Positions 27,760-41,917 of a DNA stretch of 64,000 bases are shown here, piece by piece (the stretch's first letter is position 1; each line of letters begins with the position of its first letter). The notes under the pieces were generated by a model. The model had not been told where the DNA came from. It did no database searches and saw only the letters and a list, made by a program, of their open reading frames with translations. Origin of the DNA: Octopus vulgaris (Eukaryota); NCBI GenBank assembly GCA_951406725.2, contig OX597827.1:67332001-67396000 (forward strand). The letters are read 5' to 3'. A program made the translations under genes and the position numbers.

Positions 27760-28157
27760 AGGAGTGGCTGTGTGGTAAGTAGCTTGCTAACCAACCACAT
27801 GGTTCCGGGTTCAGTCCCACTGCGTGGCATCTTGGGGAAGTGTCTTCTGCTATAGCTCCGGGCCGACCAATGCCTTGTGAGTGGATTTGGTAGACGGAAA
27901 CTGAAAGAAGCCTGTCGTATATATGTATATATATATATATGTATGTGTATGTGTGTTTGTGTTCCCCTAGCATTGCTTGACAACCGATGCTGGTGTGTTT
28001 ACGTCCCCGTCACCTAGCGGTTCGGCAAAAGAGACCGATAGAATAAGTACTGGGCTTACAAAGAATAAGTCCTGGGGTCGATTTGCTCGACTAAAGGCGG
28101 TGCTCCACCATGGCCGCAGTCAAAATGACTGAAACAAGTAAAAGAGAGTAAAAGAGT
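27760..28157 (+). mobile_element. SINE family B, full length
   Basis: Consensus match. Confidence 0.9.
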
Positions 28158-28306
28158 ATATCAATTTGAAAGATATTTGATACGCATGATATCAAAATGT
28201 ATATTTTGAATATGGGATATTAAACCTAATGTAAAAATATAGGAAAATACTGCCTATGAAATTACAAATGAAAGTAATGAAGTGCGAGTTCATAATAGCC
28301 GTTCTC

Positions 28307-28339
<33 letters not shown>

Positions 28340-28876
28340 GTATATATATATCGGATAAGTATGGTATGACTTCCTATATTCAACTTATTGTATCCATATT
28401 ATTATTTGATCGTGGCGTTTATCAAACCTATTCAGTTTTATTTTGGGATGTTTAAATATTGGAGAAACATTGTTTGTTTATCATTTAGTAGACATTAAGA
28501 CTCCTCGTTATAGCGGTTATCTAAAATAAAATGTATCTTTACAATTTTCATATCTATATAAAATTTTAAATAATTTCTGTTGTGCGCAACAGCAAGTTAA
28601 TTATACCGGCCCGCTTGATTGTTTGCAAAAGGTATTGTTTATAAATGAAAGGCACTATTTATAACATCTGTATCATCAATGTACTTTGATCGATCCTATC
28701 CTCGACAGCCCTCTCTATGCATGAATATCTGAGATGGATTCACTCTAAAATGAGTATAATTCCCGCATAATTACCCCAAAATTTAGATTACATGTGTTCA
28801 CTAACCTATACGTGTGTACGTGTGTGCGTGTGTACGAGTGTCTTAAATACATGAAACACATACTGAAAATTATTTA

Positions 28877-28932
<56 letters not shown>

Positions 28933-28933
28933 G

Positions 28934-28966
<33 letters not shown>

Positions 28967-29031
28967 GTATATATATGTATGTATGTATATATATGTATGT
29001 ATGTATATATATGTATGTATGTATATATATG

Positions 29032-29084
<53 letters not shown>

Positions 29085-29243
29085 GTATGTATGTATGTAT
29101 GTATATTTGAAGATGTAAGGAATATTTACTTTATATATATCTACAATATATTTCGTTTGGTTTGATCTTCGACCGTCATCAAGTTGTCACCACATATAAC
29201 TGGATAAATTAAATGACCAGAAGTCTAATCTTTGTTTCGCTTG

Positions 29244-29278
<35 letters not shown>

Positions 29279-30056
29279 CATTAATGGAAAAATCTACTCT
29301 TCGTTTGACCTTCGATATTACTGCTGCAACTGTTGTGTAAAGAACAGTACCTTCGAATAACAATGGGTGAATGTATTTCAGCTTTATCACGGTTACTGCT
29401 CTATGTCAATCGTATTATCCCATTTCTATAAAATGGTCGCCTATTTTACTTCACTTCATAATAAATCCCGTAGTAATACATAATTCAATATATTCAAAAT
29501 ATGTCACAGTTTATATTTTTCGAAAATTTTGCTTTCCCTGAACGTGAATTTTAATAGTTATTACAGAGTCTAAAATTGAAAGTTAAATTCCGGGTTGGAA
29601 TTTTAATGCGGTTACGAAATACAAGTATTAGTTTCCCTTTCGATAATTTTCTATGTATAATATCACCGAATGAAAATATATTTATAAAAAGCTATCGCAT
29701 CGTTTAACTAGAAAGCAATGCTAACCAGACTGTGTCTAATATAAAAAATATATATTGATATATGATTATATGCGTGCGTGGGCTGATCAGAAGACATTGA
29801 GATGATAATATATAAACCGCAAAGTGGTCAATATATTGATGACAGTAAATATCTTAGGATATATAAAATTGCAACATTAATATTTGTGATGGATATGTAA
29901 CAGAATAAAAGAACAAAGACTCGGGAAAAAACAAGAGATCAAACGGTAGTGAAAACAAGACAGCCTCTGTTTTACGTATTGAGTTTCTGTGTGTGTAAGC
30001 GAGTGCGTGTATGAGGGTGTGTGATTTAATATACATATAGGTAAGAATCTGTGTCC

Positions 30057-30138
<82 letters not shown>

Positions 30139-30250
30139 CTCATATGTATATGCATAAATATTTATATATACTTGTACATTTAGGCAGGTATATGCGCATT
30201 ATGTATATGTATATATACATATACATACGGTCATTCATTTATATATACAC

Positions 30251-30297
<47 letters not shown>

Positions 30298-30306
30298 CAC
30301 ACACAC

Positions 30307-30371
<65 letters not shown>

Positions 30372-30990
30372 CGTACATACGCGAGGAGGCACATAAGTAA
30401 AAAACGAAGTGGAAACGTAGTACTCGAATACCGAAGGTAGATTAATATACTTTTTTATTAAAACACACACACACACACACTCACAGACACACACACACAC
30501 ACACACGCATATATATATATATATAGATAGATCGATAGATAGATACATACATACATACATACATACATACATACATACATACATACATACATGCATACAT
30601 ACATACATACATACATACATACATACATACATACATACATACATACATACATACATACATACATACATACATGCATGCATACATACATATAGACATACAT
30701 ACATATGTACATATATATAGTTATATATGGAATTATATATATGTATATGTATATATCACAATCATATATATATATCACAATTTTGAAGATAAACTACCGG
30801 AGGTTAGAGTGATTTGCGGGCTGTAACTGGCAAATGGGCCTTGCTATGTTTGACAGGGAATATACAACATAATGTGAACGTGCTTCAATCGATATATTAA
30901 TAGACATATACCCCAAAATCCAAATAGTTATACACCTGCACACACAACCCAAAGACAAACACACACACATATATATATTGTGTGTATATA

Positions 30991-31054
<64 letters not shown>

Positions 31055-31220
31055 GATATGCAGTTACAAACAATATAAATGATAAATATTCAGGTTTCCG
31101 ATCAAAACTTATATGTACCTCGTGATTCAGCCCAGTACCGTGTAAGTGTCTTAGTATTTTGCAGTCAGATGTAAGTTTGTGGTCGATATAGGGACAAAAA
31201 TGGCGTAACCTGGATTTTAA

Positions 31221-31825
31221 AATTTCAGATACAGCGTAAGCGTAATAAATTTCTTCTATTGTTCAGAGGTTTACTCAAAACTCCGCTTTATCCTAAACTA
31301 TTGAGAAAGTTGTTTTGTACACCTACCGCTGACTACTCGGAGCTAACTAACTTCATACACTTAGATTTCATGCAAGCAACGTTTTGAACCATGGAGAATT
31401 TATACCGGAATATTGCAGAATTTTAAAATCTTTTTATAAACATCTTTTTTGCAATTGTCTGATAATACAGACATAGACTTGCCCAAATGCATAACTAAAT
31501 TAACATTGATATTTTCTTCACTGTTGTTACAATCATCTGAAATAGAATTGTAAAAGCGCGATATTAGAGCAATTTCAGATACAGCGTAAGCGTAATAAAT
31601 TTCTTCTATTGTTCAGAGGTTTACTCAAAACTCCGCTTTATCCTAAACTATTGAGAAAGTTGTTTTGTACACCTACCGCTGACTACTCGGAGCTAACTAA
31701 CTTCATACACTTAGATTTCATGCAAGCAACGTTTTGAACCATGGAGAATTTATACCGGAATATTGCAGAATTTTAAAATCTTTTTATAAACATCTTTTTT
31801 GCAATTGTCTGATAATACAGACATA
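31221..31825. repeat. 255-bp direct repeat with a 95-bp spacer
   Basis: 31221-31475 reads identical to 31571-31825. Confidence 0.95.
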
Positions 31826-31907
31826 AGCAATATCAAATAAGTCATCCAAGTAATATTTAAATTTCGTTTCATTTCCAATTTGATTTTTTTTTGTTTTTGT
31901 TTTTGAA

Positions 31908-32165
31908 GTGAACTATATTATTCATTCTTTTTTCGATTCTCGGTAAGCCCTTGTTGTTTGTCTCTGATTGGTATCTTAGCGTTGTTCCAGATCTCATTTA
32001 TTTCTGTATACACACTATCTCATGCTTCCATCACTGTGAACTATATTATTCATTCTTTTTTCGATTCTCGGTAAGCCCTTGTTGTTTGTCTCTGATTGGT
32101 ATCTTAGCGTTGTTCCAGATCTCATTTATTTCTGTATACACACTATCTCATGCTTCCATCACTGT
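31908..32165. repeat. 128-bp head-to-tail tandem duplication
   Basis: 31908-32035 reads identical to 32036-32163. Confidence 0.95.
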
Positions 32166-32389
32166 TTTCTTATCATGTGTGAAATAGAAAAGGAGTCGTG
32201 ATACATCTCCAATTGATGGGAGATTTTTACTACTAATCTTTTCAATCGTTTATGCGATAAGCCACATCTGTTTTTCAGGTCTTTTCATTAAGATAGAAAT
32301 GTTTAATTAAAACACTGCGTCAGTGGGGGTGCTAACATATCTACACACGACAAAATTTATAACAATTCTTATTAGGGAATACGACATAC

Positions 32390-32905
32390 GTGACACCTTG
32401 GCATGTGTCTTCTACTATAGCCACTGCCTACCAAAGCCTTGTAAGTGAATTTAGTAGATGGAAATTGAACGAAGCCCGTCGTATATATATATATATATAT
32501 ATAGGGAGAGTTTCCGAAAAAAACAAAAGATGAAGACAGGTGGTGTACAAAACAAACAGATGTATTAGTATAACGCTCAGGAATAGAAAAAGTCTTTTAC
32601 GTTTCGAGCCTACGCTCTTCTACAGAAAGGGACACAGAAAAAACAAGGAGAGAAAAAAAAGGAGAGAAAAAATGTGTGTAGTGGCTAACGATGTGTGTAT
32701 TTGTGTGTGTGTTTCTTCCCCACCATGGCTTGACAACCGATGTTAGTGTGATTACGTCCCCGTCGCTTGACGGTTTTGCAAAAGAGCCCGATAGAGAAAG
32801 TAGTAGGCTTACAACCAATAAGTCCTAGGGTCGATTTGTTCGACTAAAGGTAGTGCTCCAGCATGGCCGCAGTCAAGTACCTGAATCAAGGAAAAGAATA
32901 AAAGA

Positions 32906-32907
<2 letters not shown>
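32390..32907 (+). mobile_element. SINE family B interrupted by a family D element
   Basis: Family B match at 32390-32482 and 32693-32907. Confidence 0.85.
32503..32692 (-). mobile_element. HHR-bearing family D, copy 2 (HHR 32594-32629)
   Basis: Reverse complement: cttt CTGTAGA a gagc-gtag-gctc GAAAC GTA aaag; inserted in (TA)n. Confidence 0.85.
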
Positions 32908-32967
<60 letters not shown>

Positions 32968-32968
<1 letters not shown>

Positions 32969-33090
32969 GTGAGAATATAAAAAAACAAAAGACGAAGACG
33001 TGCGTATAAACGACAAAAAGTCTTTTATGTTTCGAGCCTACGCTCTTCAGCAGAAAGGAACACAGAAATAAACAGGATGAGAAAATAGAA
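32968..33090 (-). mobile_element. HHR-bearing family D, copy 3, internally deleted (HHR 33022-33057)
   Basis: Reverse complement: cttt CTGCTGA a gagc-gtag-gctc GAAAC ATA aaag. Confidence 0.8.
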
Positions 33091-33322
33091 ATATATACAT
33101 ATATATATATATATAATCAGAGCTTTTGTCTCCAAGCAAACTTTCAGACAAATATACAGCACGTCTTTCTTTTCCAGTATGATCAGACATATTTTGTGTT
33201 TGAACCTTAAGGATTGCTTAGCGACACAAGGAATGATTGAAAAAAATCCATTGATTTACCTTTGTTTCCACAGAGGGAAACTGTTAGTAGACCATATTTA
33301 AATACCATGATTTAAATAAATG

Positions 33323-33363
<41 letters not shown>

Positions 33364-33722
33364 ATGTATATGTACGTATGCAATTATATATGAAGATGCA
33401 TACACATACACATATATATGCATAAGTATTTACATATATTTATTTGCTTTTTATACATTTATATACACACACATTTAGTAACACACCAACACGTAACCGC
33501 TTGTACATACATTCCCATTGAATCTGCACGTGTTCATAAGAAGTGTACACTTAACTTTGTGTATATTTATATATTGTCTTGCAATTTTTGCTGAGATTTC
33601 ACTTTAGAGCTCTAAATGAACGCAATTTTGCTGATTTTTATCGAGCTCTGTATGTTATTGAAAACAAGTAGATGGCTATCTCGCTAGAGTAATTGAACTT
33701 TTAACCGATACCACGTCCTCAC

Positions 33723-33803
33723 CTGCTCCGTTAATGATCCGTTACTTATTATTTTTGCACTAAACAGTAGAATCGTACGTTTTCTACTCGCCGTTCCTAA
33801 CGT
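33723..33803 (-). CDS. Candidate internal exon (81 nt, TLGTASRKRTILLFSAKIISNGSLTEQ)
   Basis: Acceptor cttctctttcag, donor cag|gtgagg, open in phase 0; no homology recognised. Confidence 0.25.
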
Positions 33804-33911
33804 CTGAAAGAGAAGTACAATATCTTCCTGCTTACAACTTTATAATATCAGCTTTTTATAAATATATATATATGTACACATCCAGAATCTCATTCTATCT
33901 CTTCCTTGTGC

Positions 33912-33959
<48 letters not shown>

Positions 33960-34192
33960 CAGACATATGTATGCATATATACAAAGAAGGATACATATAT
34001 AGATAGATACATACATACATAGACAGACAGAAAATAGATAGAAAGAGGGATAAATAGAGAGATTGAGTGATAGATGTAGATATATACACACATATATACA
34101 TACATGTTTATGTGCACATATCTCGCTCTCAATTAATAAATGCGAGGACTCGCGCTTACACACACGCACACACACATTTGTGTGTGTGTGTG

Positions 34193-34280
34193 TGTATAAG
34201 GAGAATAAGACAAGGTAGAAAATGTCCTTCATGATAAAATTATTTTAGCATTTTCTACCTTGTCTTATTTTCCTTATACA
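34193..34280. repeat. Inverted repeat with 32-bp arms
   Basis: 34193-34224 versus 34249-34280. Confidence 0.85.
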
Positions 34281-34348
34281 TATCAACTCGTGTGTTCCTT
34301 TTCAACCTTCTACACACACACATATATATATATATGTATGTGTGTATC

Positions 34349-34443
<95 letters not shown>

Positions 34444-34586
34444 TGTATATATGTATATATACATATGTGCATATGTCCATATACATATATACACATATAT
34501 ATATATACATATATACATATAGATATATGTATATGCATATATATATTTATATAAACATATATATATATATACATATATATATATGC

Positions 34587-34634
<48 letters not shown>

Positions 34635-35691
34635 GTACATATACGCACACACCTATATATGTGTATGCATATACATATCCTAATATTATGTGAGCGTTTC
34701 TCTGTGCCACTATGTGTGGGTGTGTGTTTGTCTGTTTGCCGGTGTGCATAACACCAAATAGATGAAGAAGCTGGCACTGTTGACATTTCCATCAGCAACA
34801 ACGTTCTTATCCTCCTTCGTAGCTGAACCAAACTTCTTTTCCCTTTTGCTTTTTTTCTTTTTTCATATTTATGGAGAGAAATAGAAAGAGAGGCGATAGA
34901 GAGTGGGGACGGAAGAGAGAGTTATTTCCATATTTATTTTTATATTCTTTTGAATTTTTTTCACACATATATATATTCATATATTTTTCAATATATATCA
35001 ATTTACATTTATTGCTTCCACTTTCGTCTCACAGGCTTGTTTTATGCTTCCCACCTTTTTAAGAATCTTATGAATACATAAATACCTGTTAAACAGTCAA
35101 TGAACACTTTGGCATTCTTTCAATTCTTTACGGTTTCTCGCTCTCTGACTGGCTGGCTGGCTGGTTGACTGGGCTGATGGTTGGTTGGTTGATTGGTCGG
35201 CTGGTTACTTAGTTCGTAGGTTTGTTAGAAATTTCGGTTTTTACTTTATTCCATCTAGTATTACTTCATCAACTCCCTCGGTAGGTACTGCTCTCCTCTA
35301 CTGGTCACATGTACTCATCTTAGTAATTTGGTTTCTTTTACATTTATTTCAAAGTACATTTGCTGTTATAGTCTTCAGGCTCTTTTGTAATAATTTTCGT
35401 TGCTGTTTTAGTTGTTGTGGCGCTTTTTGGTATTTTCCAATAGCTGACAGTTTCTCAATATACTTCGACACTATGCCTAATTTTAAGTGATTTACTTTTA
35501 AAGTGGTCTCTATTTTGTTTTTCTTTTTATTGTGAGTGAGAAGAGCTTTGATGGCTAGCATTTGATTCTCGCTAAAGTCATCGAAAATTATATTATCATC
35601 ATCATTATCATCATCATCATTATTATCATTATTATTATTATTATTATCAACATCACCATCATCATCATCATCATCATCATCATCATTATTA

Positions 35692-35743
<52 letters not shown>

Positions 35744-36236
35744 GCCAATAAACCGGATATTGTTGTGAAAGACCAAAACAATAAAGTTTGCTTATTGATC
35801 GACATGAGCATCCTCTGTGATCATAATATCTCGGCGAAAGAGTTTGACAAGCCCAGAAAATATAAAGACCTGCTCATTGAAATTGAGAAAATGTGGCATC
35901 TCAAGGCGGTTACAATACCAGTGATCGTAGGAGCACTAGGAATGATCAAGAAGGGAACCGAAATTTATATGAGAATGATCCCTTGCTTACCATCCATGCA
36001 AGAAGTGAAAAAGATTGTCTTAACTGGTACATCACACGTATTGAGAAGAGCATTGTCGATGTGAGAACTATTACTACCCATGTATTTTAATTTAACTTTA
36101 ATTTTTTTTTTTTTAAATGAACGAACTAGTGAGTTTGGTTTAATGGCCTACCAATGTATACTATGAGTTTCTTTGCCCTAGGAGTCAGGAAGACACTCGG
36201 CAAGAAATGGAAGCAAATTTGAAAGAAGAGGAAATT
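35744..36236 (+). mobile_element. R4/Dong-type RLE non-LTR retrotransposon 3' fragment
   Basis: NKPDIVV...LLIDMS..D...KE..K..KY (PD-D/ExK RLE) and IPVIVGALG; flanked by (TAA)n on both sides. Confidence 0.9.
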
Positions 36237-36255
36237 TATAATAATAATAATAATA

Positions 36256-36885
36256 ATGATAGGGTTTATCGTAGCAGCCCACGATCAATGCCTATCTGCA
36301 AGAAACTACCAGGCCAACATATTAAAGAACGGCAGCTTCCCAATATGTCGTGTACGTCATCAACAAAATGCAACCAATGATCATGCTGTCTCCATGTGCA
36401 GTCTTCTTGCGCCTATAAAGTATCTCAACAGGCATGATAGAACTGCACAATATATTCACTGGATAATTTGCCAATACCTGGACCTGCCCCATGATAAAAT
36501 CTTGTGGGAACACAAACCACCCCCAGTGCTTAAAAATGGTCACATCTCACTCATCTTGGACTTTACCATACAAACTCACTGAATGATACATGCTAATAGG
36601 CCAGACATTATATTGAGAGAGTTCAGACATACCTCCTCATTGATACGACTGTCCCAATCGATATCAATGTATCTCTCAAGACCTACCAAAAACTGAGCAA
36701 GTATTAAGGATCTTGAAATAGAAATTGGCAAAATTTGGACCCTCAAGACTAAAATAATACATGTTGTCATAGGTGCTTTGGGAATGATAGCAAAAGTGAC
36801 TGATTCCTACTTAGCTCAGATACCAGGAAATCTCAAAATGGGAGAAATTCAAAAGGTAGTGCTTATGGGAACTGCCCATATCTTT
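36256..36885 (+). mobile_element. Second R4/Dong-type fragment (CCHC, RHD, RLE; decayed)
   Basis: AAHDQCL, degenerate CCHC (CRV..DH.VS.C), YLNRHD, ANRPDI, VVIGALG; starts at (TAA)n. Confidence 0.88.
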
Positions 36886-37265
36886 GTACCTTTAGTAGAC
36901 AGAATTCTAATTACTATTCGAAAAGAATAAGAATACCACAACTAATCGCTCGTTCAGAAGTTGCGTGAGAGAATAGGGAACACACGTTAGATAAAGTCGT
37001 ACAAGAGGCATTATCTTTACAATATTAGATAGAACCGACAGAGCTGGAGCACATTCTGTTAAAGTTCTGCTTCAGGTAACTCAGACTAACCTCTTTTTTA
37101 TACAACAAACTGTGAATTCTTAGCGGTTTAAAGTTAATGTAGAAAAAAAATTGGCTGACTCAGGTTAAGGTCATAATGCAAAGATTCCCTTGTTTATTAG
37201 AGTCTTACAAATGCAAAATAATGAACTGCAATGTATTATATAAGCTATTTGCTTTAAAGGTGGAG

Positions 37266-37800
37266 GCGATGTATGTGTTTATGAGCGAAACACCTAAACT
37301 CCACGCGGCTCCGGCAGAAGGTAATGGCGAACTTCTGCTGACTCTTTCGCCATAAATTTTTCTCACTCTTTCCTCCTGCATCTTGCAGTTCACCTGCGAC
37401 AGACCGGCGTCCTGTCTAGGTGGGGAAACCTATACGCCAAGGAAACCGGGAAACCGGCCCTTATGAGCCTGGCATTTTTCGAGAAGGAGCATTTTCTGGA
37501 GGCACATGGCCTAGTGGTTAGAGCAATAGACTTGTGGTCGAGGGATCTCGAGTTCGAATCTCAGACCGGGCGATGTGTGTGTTTATGAGCGAAACACCTA
37601 AGCTCTACGCGGCTCCAGCAGAAGGTAATGGCGAACTTCTGCTGACTCTTTCGCCACAACTTTCTCTCACTCTTTCCTCCTGCATCTTGCAGCTCACCTG
37701 CGACGGACCGGCGTCCTGTCCAGGTGGGGAATCCCATACGCCAAGGAAACCGAAAAACCGGCCCTTATGAGCCAGGCATGGCTCGAGAAGCAACAAACAA
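37266..37800 (+). mobile_element. Two tandem SINEs with family A-type head and third tail type
   Basis: 37266-37490 (5'-truncated) and 37498-37800 (tggcctagtgg, gagttcgaatct). Confidence 0.85.
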
Positions 37801-37871
37801 TTTGCTTTAGAGAGTTCTACATTTAAATATTCTTATATCATTTTTTCGTTATTTATGTTATCAGATTAATA

Positions 37872-38087
37872 ACGGTTTCAAATTTTGGCACAAGGCCAGC
37901 AATTTCGGAGAGGATTAAGTCGATTACAGCGACCCCCAGTGTTTAACTGATAGTTATTTTATCGGCTCCGAACGGATAAAAGGCAAAATCGACCTCAGCA
38001 GCATTTGAACTTAAGACGTAAAGACGGACAAAATGGCCCGAAAGATTTTGCCCGGCGCAGTAAAGATTTTGCCAGCATGCTGCCTTC
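37872..38087 (-). mobile_element. SINE family C
   Basis: Reverse-complement consensus match. Confidence 0.8.
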
Positions 38088-39236
38088 ATACCAGATTAAT
38101 AATGACCAAATTATTTTCACAATTGTTTGCAACAAATTCAATGTGTCTCAACATGAGTTTAGTAACGAACGTGTTTAACTATCCACGCATATTTATACAA
38201 ACGAAAAAGATAATCTACCGGTTACTGGCGAATTAAATATAAAAACAAAATAAATAAGATGTTACTTATCGATTTTTTCAAATGTCATATACTACCGTAA
38301 TTCCCAACTTGCCATTTACTTTTCAGACACCATTAATTACCACTAAATTATTCAATATAAAGAAGACAATATAGTACTTTATATAATAAAATGCATACTA
38401 ACATATGCTACCAAATCTAGTCTGAGATATCATTGTTTTAAATGGAAATGGATGTAATTTAAGGGAAAGTCTGTTAGAATACTGCTAGATGGAAAGTTTG
38501 TATGAAATAATCTTTGAATTGTTGCATATTTGTTTATATATTTTTATTGTTTAATTTTATCAGTCTATGTGGTGTATTGCTTGTTCTGGTCGTGAGATTA
38601 ATGTTTGACGGTGCATTCCAAGGATACATATAATATTAAAGAAATTCAGAAATACTACGGTCAAAAAGTATGAAACAATATAAGTAGATTTGAAATTTTT
38701 TGACAGAAAAATCCCAAAACAAAAGAGAGAAATTTATTAATAAACATACGTGTCTATATATATATATATATATATATATCGTAAATACATGATGGAATAT
38801 ATGAGAACTTCTTTTAATCACAAGTGTTTCGACACTTCTAGCATCAATCCCTTTCGGGTGGGACACTTCACAACTGGCTCAGGAGCACACGGCTTTAATT
38901 TCCCCATTCTTATAGACACCAAGCAATTCTTTAACCCACTTTGTGATCATGTGTGCACCAAACCTCACGTGCGCGTATGCTTACATTTTCGTGCATGCTT
39001 GTATGAGCGAATGTACACGTGCAATACAGCTTATGCGAGGGCGCTTATACATCCATATCTGTTAACGGTCATTTTAAATAATTTTCTCGCTGTACTCCAT
39101 GTTAGTTTCTTTTTTGCATCTGTGATTTTATTTTGGATCTTCTATATAAATGAACATATTTTCATCGTTTTCCTGCTTTTCTTTCTACGAAATGGGAAGA
39201 TACATAACGGAACTTTTATTTTAACTAGTTGTGATT

Positions 39237-39344
39237 ATCACTCGATGAGATACATCTGCATCACCGGATGCTCCTGAACCAGTTGTAAAGTATTCCATCC
39301 TTGCCGATGCTATTTGCTAGATGTGTCGAAACAATTGTCGTGAT
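39237..39344 (+). ncRNA. Hammerhead motif with long stem II and variant core (UCGAUGA)
   Basis: atcac TCGATGA gatacatctgca...tgctagatgtgtc GAAAC aatt GTC gtgat; a diverged inverted partial copy lies at ~38792-38888. Confidence 0.7.
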
Positions 39345-40171
39345 TAAAAAAAATTCTCGCATATTCCAACTTCCGTCTTTCATTTACCATATACATAACA
39401 AACACTATGAAAGTGACCGTGCTTTACCAGTTAGCTACCAGGGGTAAATCATTCGTTTTATTATTTAATATACACAGACACGCACACACACACATACACG
39501 CATACACACACACACACATATATAGTGAAAGGAAATAGAGTAATGTTAAAGTGGTCCCTTATATTGAAACGATAAAGGGAACTATTATATCGGTGGATTA
39601 TGTAAAAGAAAAAATGTCTAAATATTTTTTATATTGTACACTGGGGCCTTACTGCTTTCATTGAAAGTTGACTTTAATTTATTTAATTAATTAATGATTA
39701 ATTAATTCAATGATGTGGGTGATTTACAGAAAGTTGTCTCCATTTCTGGCGTGGATCACATGTTGATATTTCTCATCACTAACTTCATTATTGGTAGAAT
39801 TAATGAACAGTCGATAGAATTTGAGCACAACTTGTTTTGGCTCTTTACAGTCGCCGATGTAATAAAAAAAAAGTTCATTTTGACAGAGGTCAATGAAATA
39901 AATTTACTGAGGCCGATTTAATTACTTAGTTCCTACAATCAAGTTTCTGGCGCCAAATTAAAAAGTAATTATATAGAAGAAAATGTTTTGACGATCAGTA
40001 GACAAATAAAAATGCCTTAAATTAAAATCTCATCAAAATAAATTTTTTCCCGTATACCTCTGGGGTTGTTTAAATGATTCTCCAGTCAATCGCTGAGTCA
40101 ATATAATCGATTATATTTAAAACCCATGTGTATGCATCTTAGAATTTCAGTTACATTACACCTACGTACGG

Positions 40172-40202
<31 letters not shown>

Positions 40203-40364
40203 CTATTTTACTGAACCTTCAGTTTTTTTTATGCTAGACCACTGGTGTGAAATCGATGTTAATTAGATTAGTATCTAATTTCTTACCCTCATTTTAAATT
40301 TAAAATTATATATATATATATATTTAAAAAAGGAGATGTGGAACACGAGTTGTGATATATAAAA

Positions 40365-40536
40365 AAAGGAAATGAAGAAAATGCTGACAAAATAATTTAA
40401 GTAAGGGAGAGTGTATTTAATTAGGTGAAAGTTCTTTTGATAAGCATAACAAATGCGCAACCGGTAAAAAGAACTTTCACCTAATTAAATACACTCTCCC
40501 TTACTTAAATTATTTTGTCAGCATTTTCTTCATTTC

Positions 40537-40540
<4 letters not shown>
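40365..40540. repeat. Perfect inverted repeat with 74-bp arms, ending in (TA)n
   Basis: 40365-40438 is the reverse complement of 40467-40540. Confidence 0.95.
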
Positions 40541-40593
<53 letters not shown>

Positions 40594-40604
40594 ATTATAT
40601 ACAT

Positions 40605-40662
<58 letters not shown>

Positions 40663-40751
40663 CATATATATATATATATATATATATGTATATTATGGAT
40701 ACATGTATATATCCATCATCATCATCATCTTCGTCCTCGTCGTCATTTATT

Positions 40752-40890
40752 ATTATTACCTCCGCTTTACCTCAAGAACTGCTGGATGGATTCGGATGAA
40801 ACTTTCACAGATGTTTGACCTTCTGAACGTCACGAACTGATTCGATTTTGGGATCGATCCGTTTCCGGACAAGGATTCTGGATTAATTGT
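40752..40890 (+). mobile_element. Possible Helentron-associated (HINE/DINE-1-like) fragment
   Basis: ttattacctccgc start and aactgctggatggattcggatgaaactttca block resemble HINE cores (from recall only). Confidence 0.4.
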
Positions 40891-41282
40891 TATATTTACT
40901 TTACTTTACATGATTACGATCTTACGTTCACTTTCAAGTCTTTCTCGATTATTTCCCTTTAGGTTGATATGTAGGCATAAATGATGTTTCCATATCATTT
41001 ATGATTAGAAATGATATATTGTAAGGAAAGGAGAAAGATCCTGAAAACTAAGACTTCGTCGAATTTGTAATTTTTTTTTCAAAGAATTTTAATGGCATCA
41101 GATATTCTCAGGTTGACAATGTTTTTCTTAGATAGGTAACACCTATCTGGACAATATTTTGTAGTTCTGAAACTTTGGGCAATTTCTTCTACTTCACAAA
41201 AATTATTTAAGAGTACTATTTGACATAAACTCAATAACTCTGAACACCACATGTACAATTGTCATTATTGCAGTCCAGATTT

Positions 41283-41497
41283 AAGCGGCAAACTGCAGAA
41301 TCGTTAGCTCGCCGGGAAGAATGTGTAGCGTCATTTCATCCGTCCTTACGTTCTGAATTCAAATTCCTCCGAGGTCTACTTTGACTTTCGTCCTTTTGAG
41401 GTCCATAAATTAAGTACCAGTCAAGTATGTGGGTCGATGTGATCGACTTACTTTGTCCTCACAAATTTCAGGCGTTGTGTCTATAGTAGAAAGGATT
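41283..41497 (+). mobile_element. SINE family C
   Basis: Consensus match. Confidence 0.85.
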
Positions 41498-41615
41498 GTA
41501 ACATTCCACACTTTTGGAAATTTCTGTTTCAAGGTACTTGTAACGATTTAAATTTTGAAATGTTTTACAGAAGTGTTGCGGACTGCTGAGACTGACATAA
41601 GTTTGATTAAACATG

Positions 41616-41917
41616 GGTACGGACCGACTCGAGAGCTGCGAATCGTTACGGACTCGGATTTTCCAGGGCCGCCAAGAGTGCACCGGACGCCGCCCGAAAC
41701 GCAACGCTCTACAGGCACCATATCCGATTTCACGGACGCGGTCCTTTACGAAGAAGAGAGAACTCTTACCGGGGCTCCCGGCAACGTCTCCGGGCTTGCT
41801 TGCATTGCCGCTGCTCCGCCCGGCCGCCGTCTTCGATGACGGACGAGCTGCTAGGAGCACGCCGCGTTCCCGCCGCCGGAGGGGCACTCTCCGAGTTTGG
41901 GTTCGGGAATATTAACC
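41616..41917 (-). pseudogene. Inserted 28S rRNA fragment (D7 region)
   Basis: Reverse complement has GGTTAATATTCCCGAACC, CCGGGAGCCCCGGTAAGAGTTCTCTCTTCTT, CCCTGGAAAATCCG and GGTCCGTACCC (conserved LSU blocks); 16-bp TSD agtttgattaa(a/g)catg at 41600-41615 and 41918-41933. Confidence 0.93.

Noticed and set aside
41468-41915. GC-rich ORFs of 94-139 aa
   Set aside because: They overlap the 28S rRNA fragment and are spurious readings.
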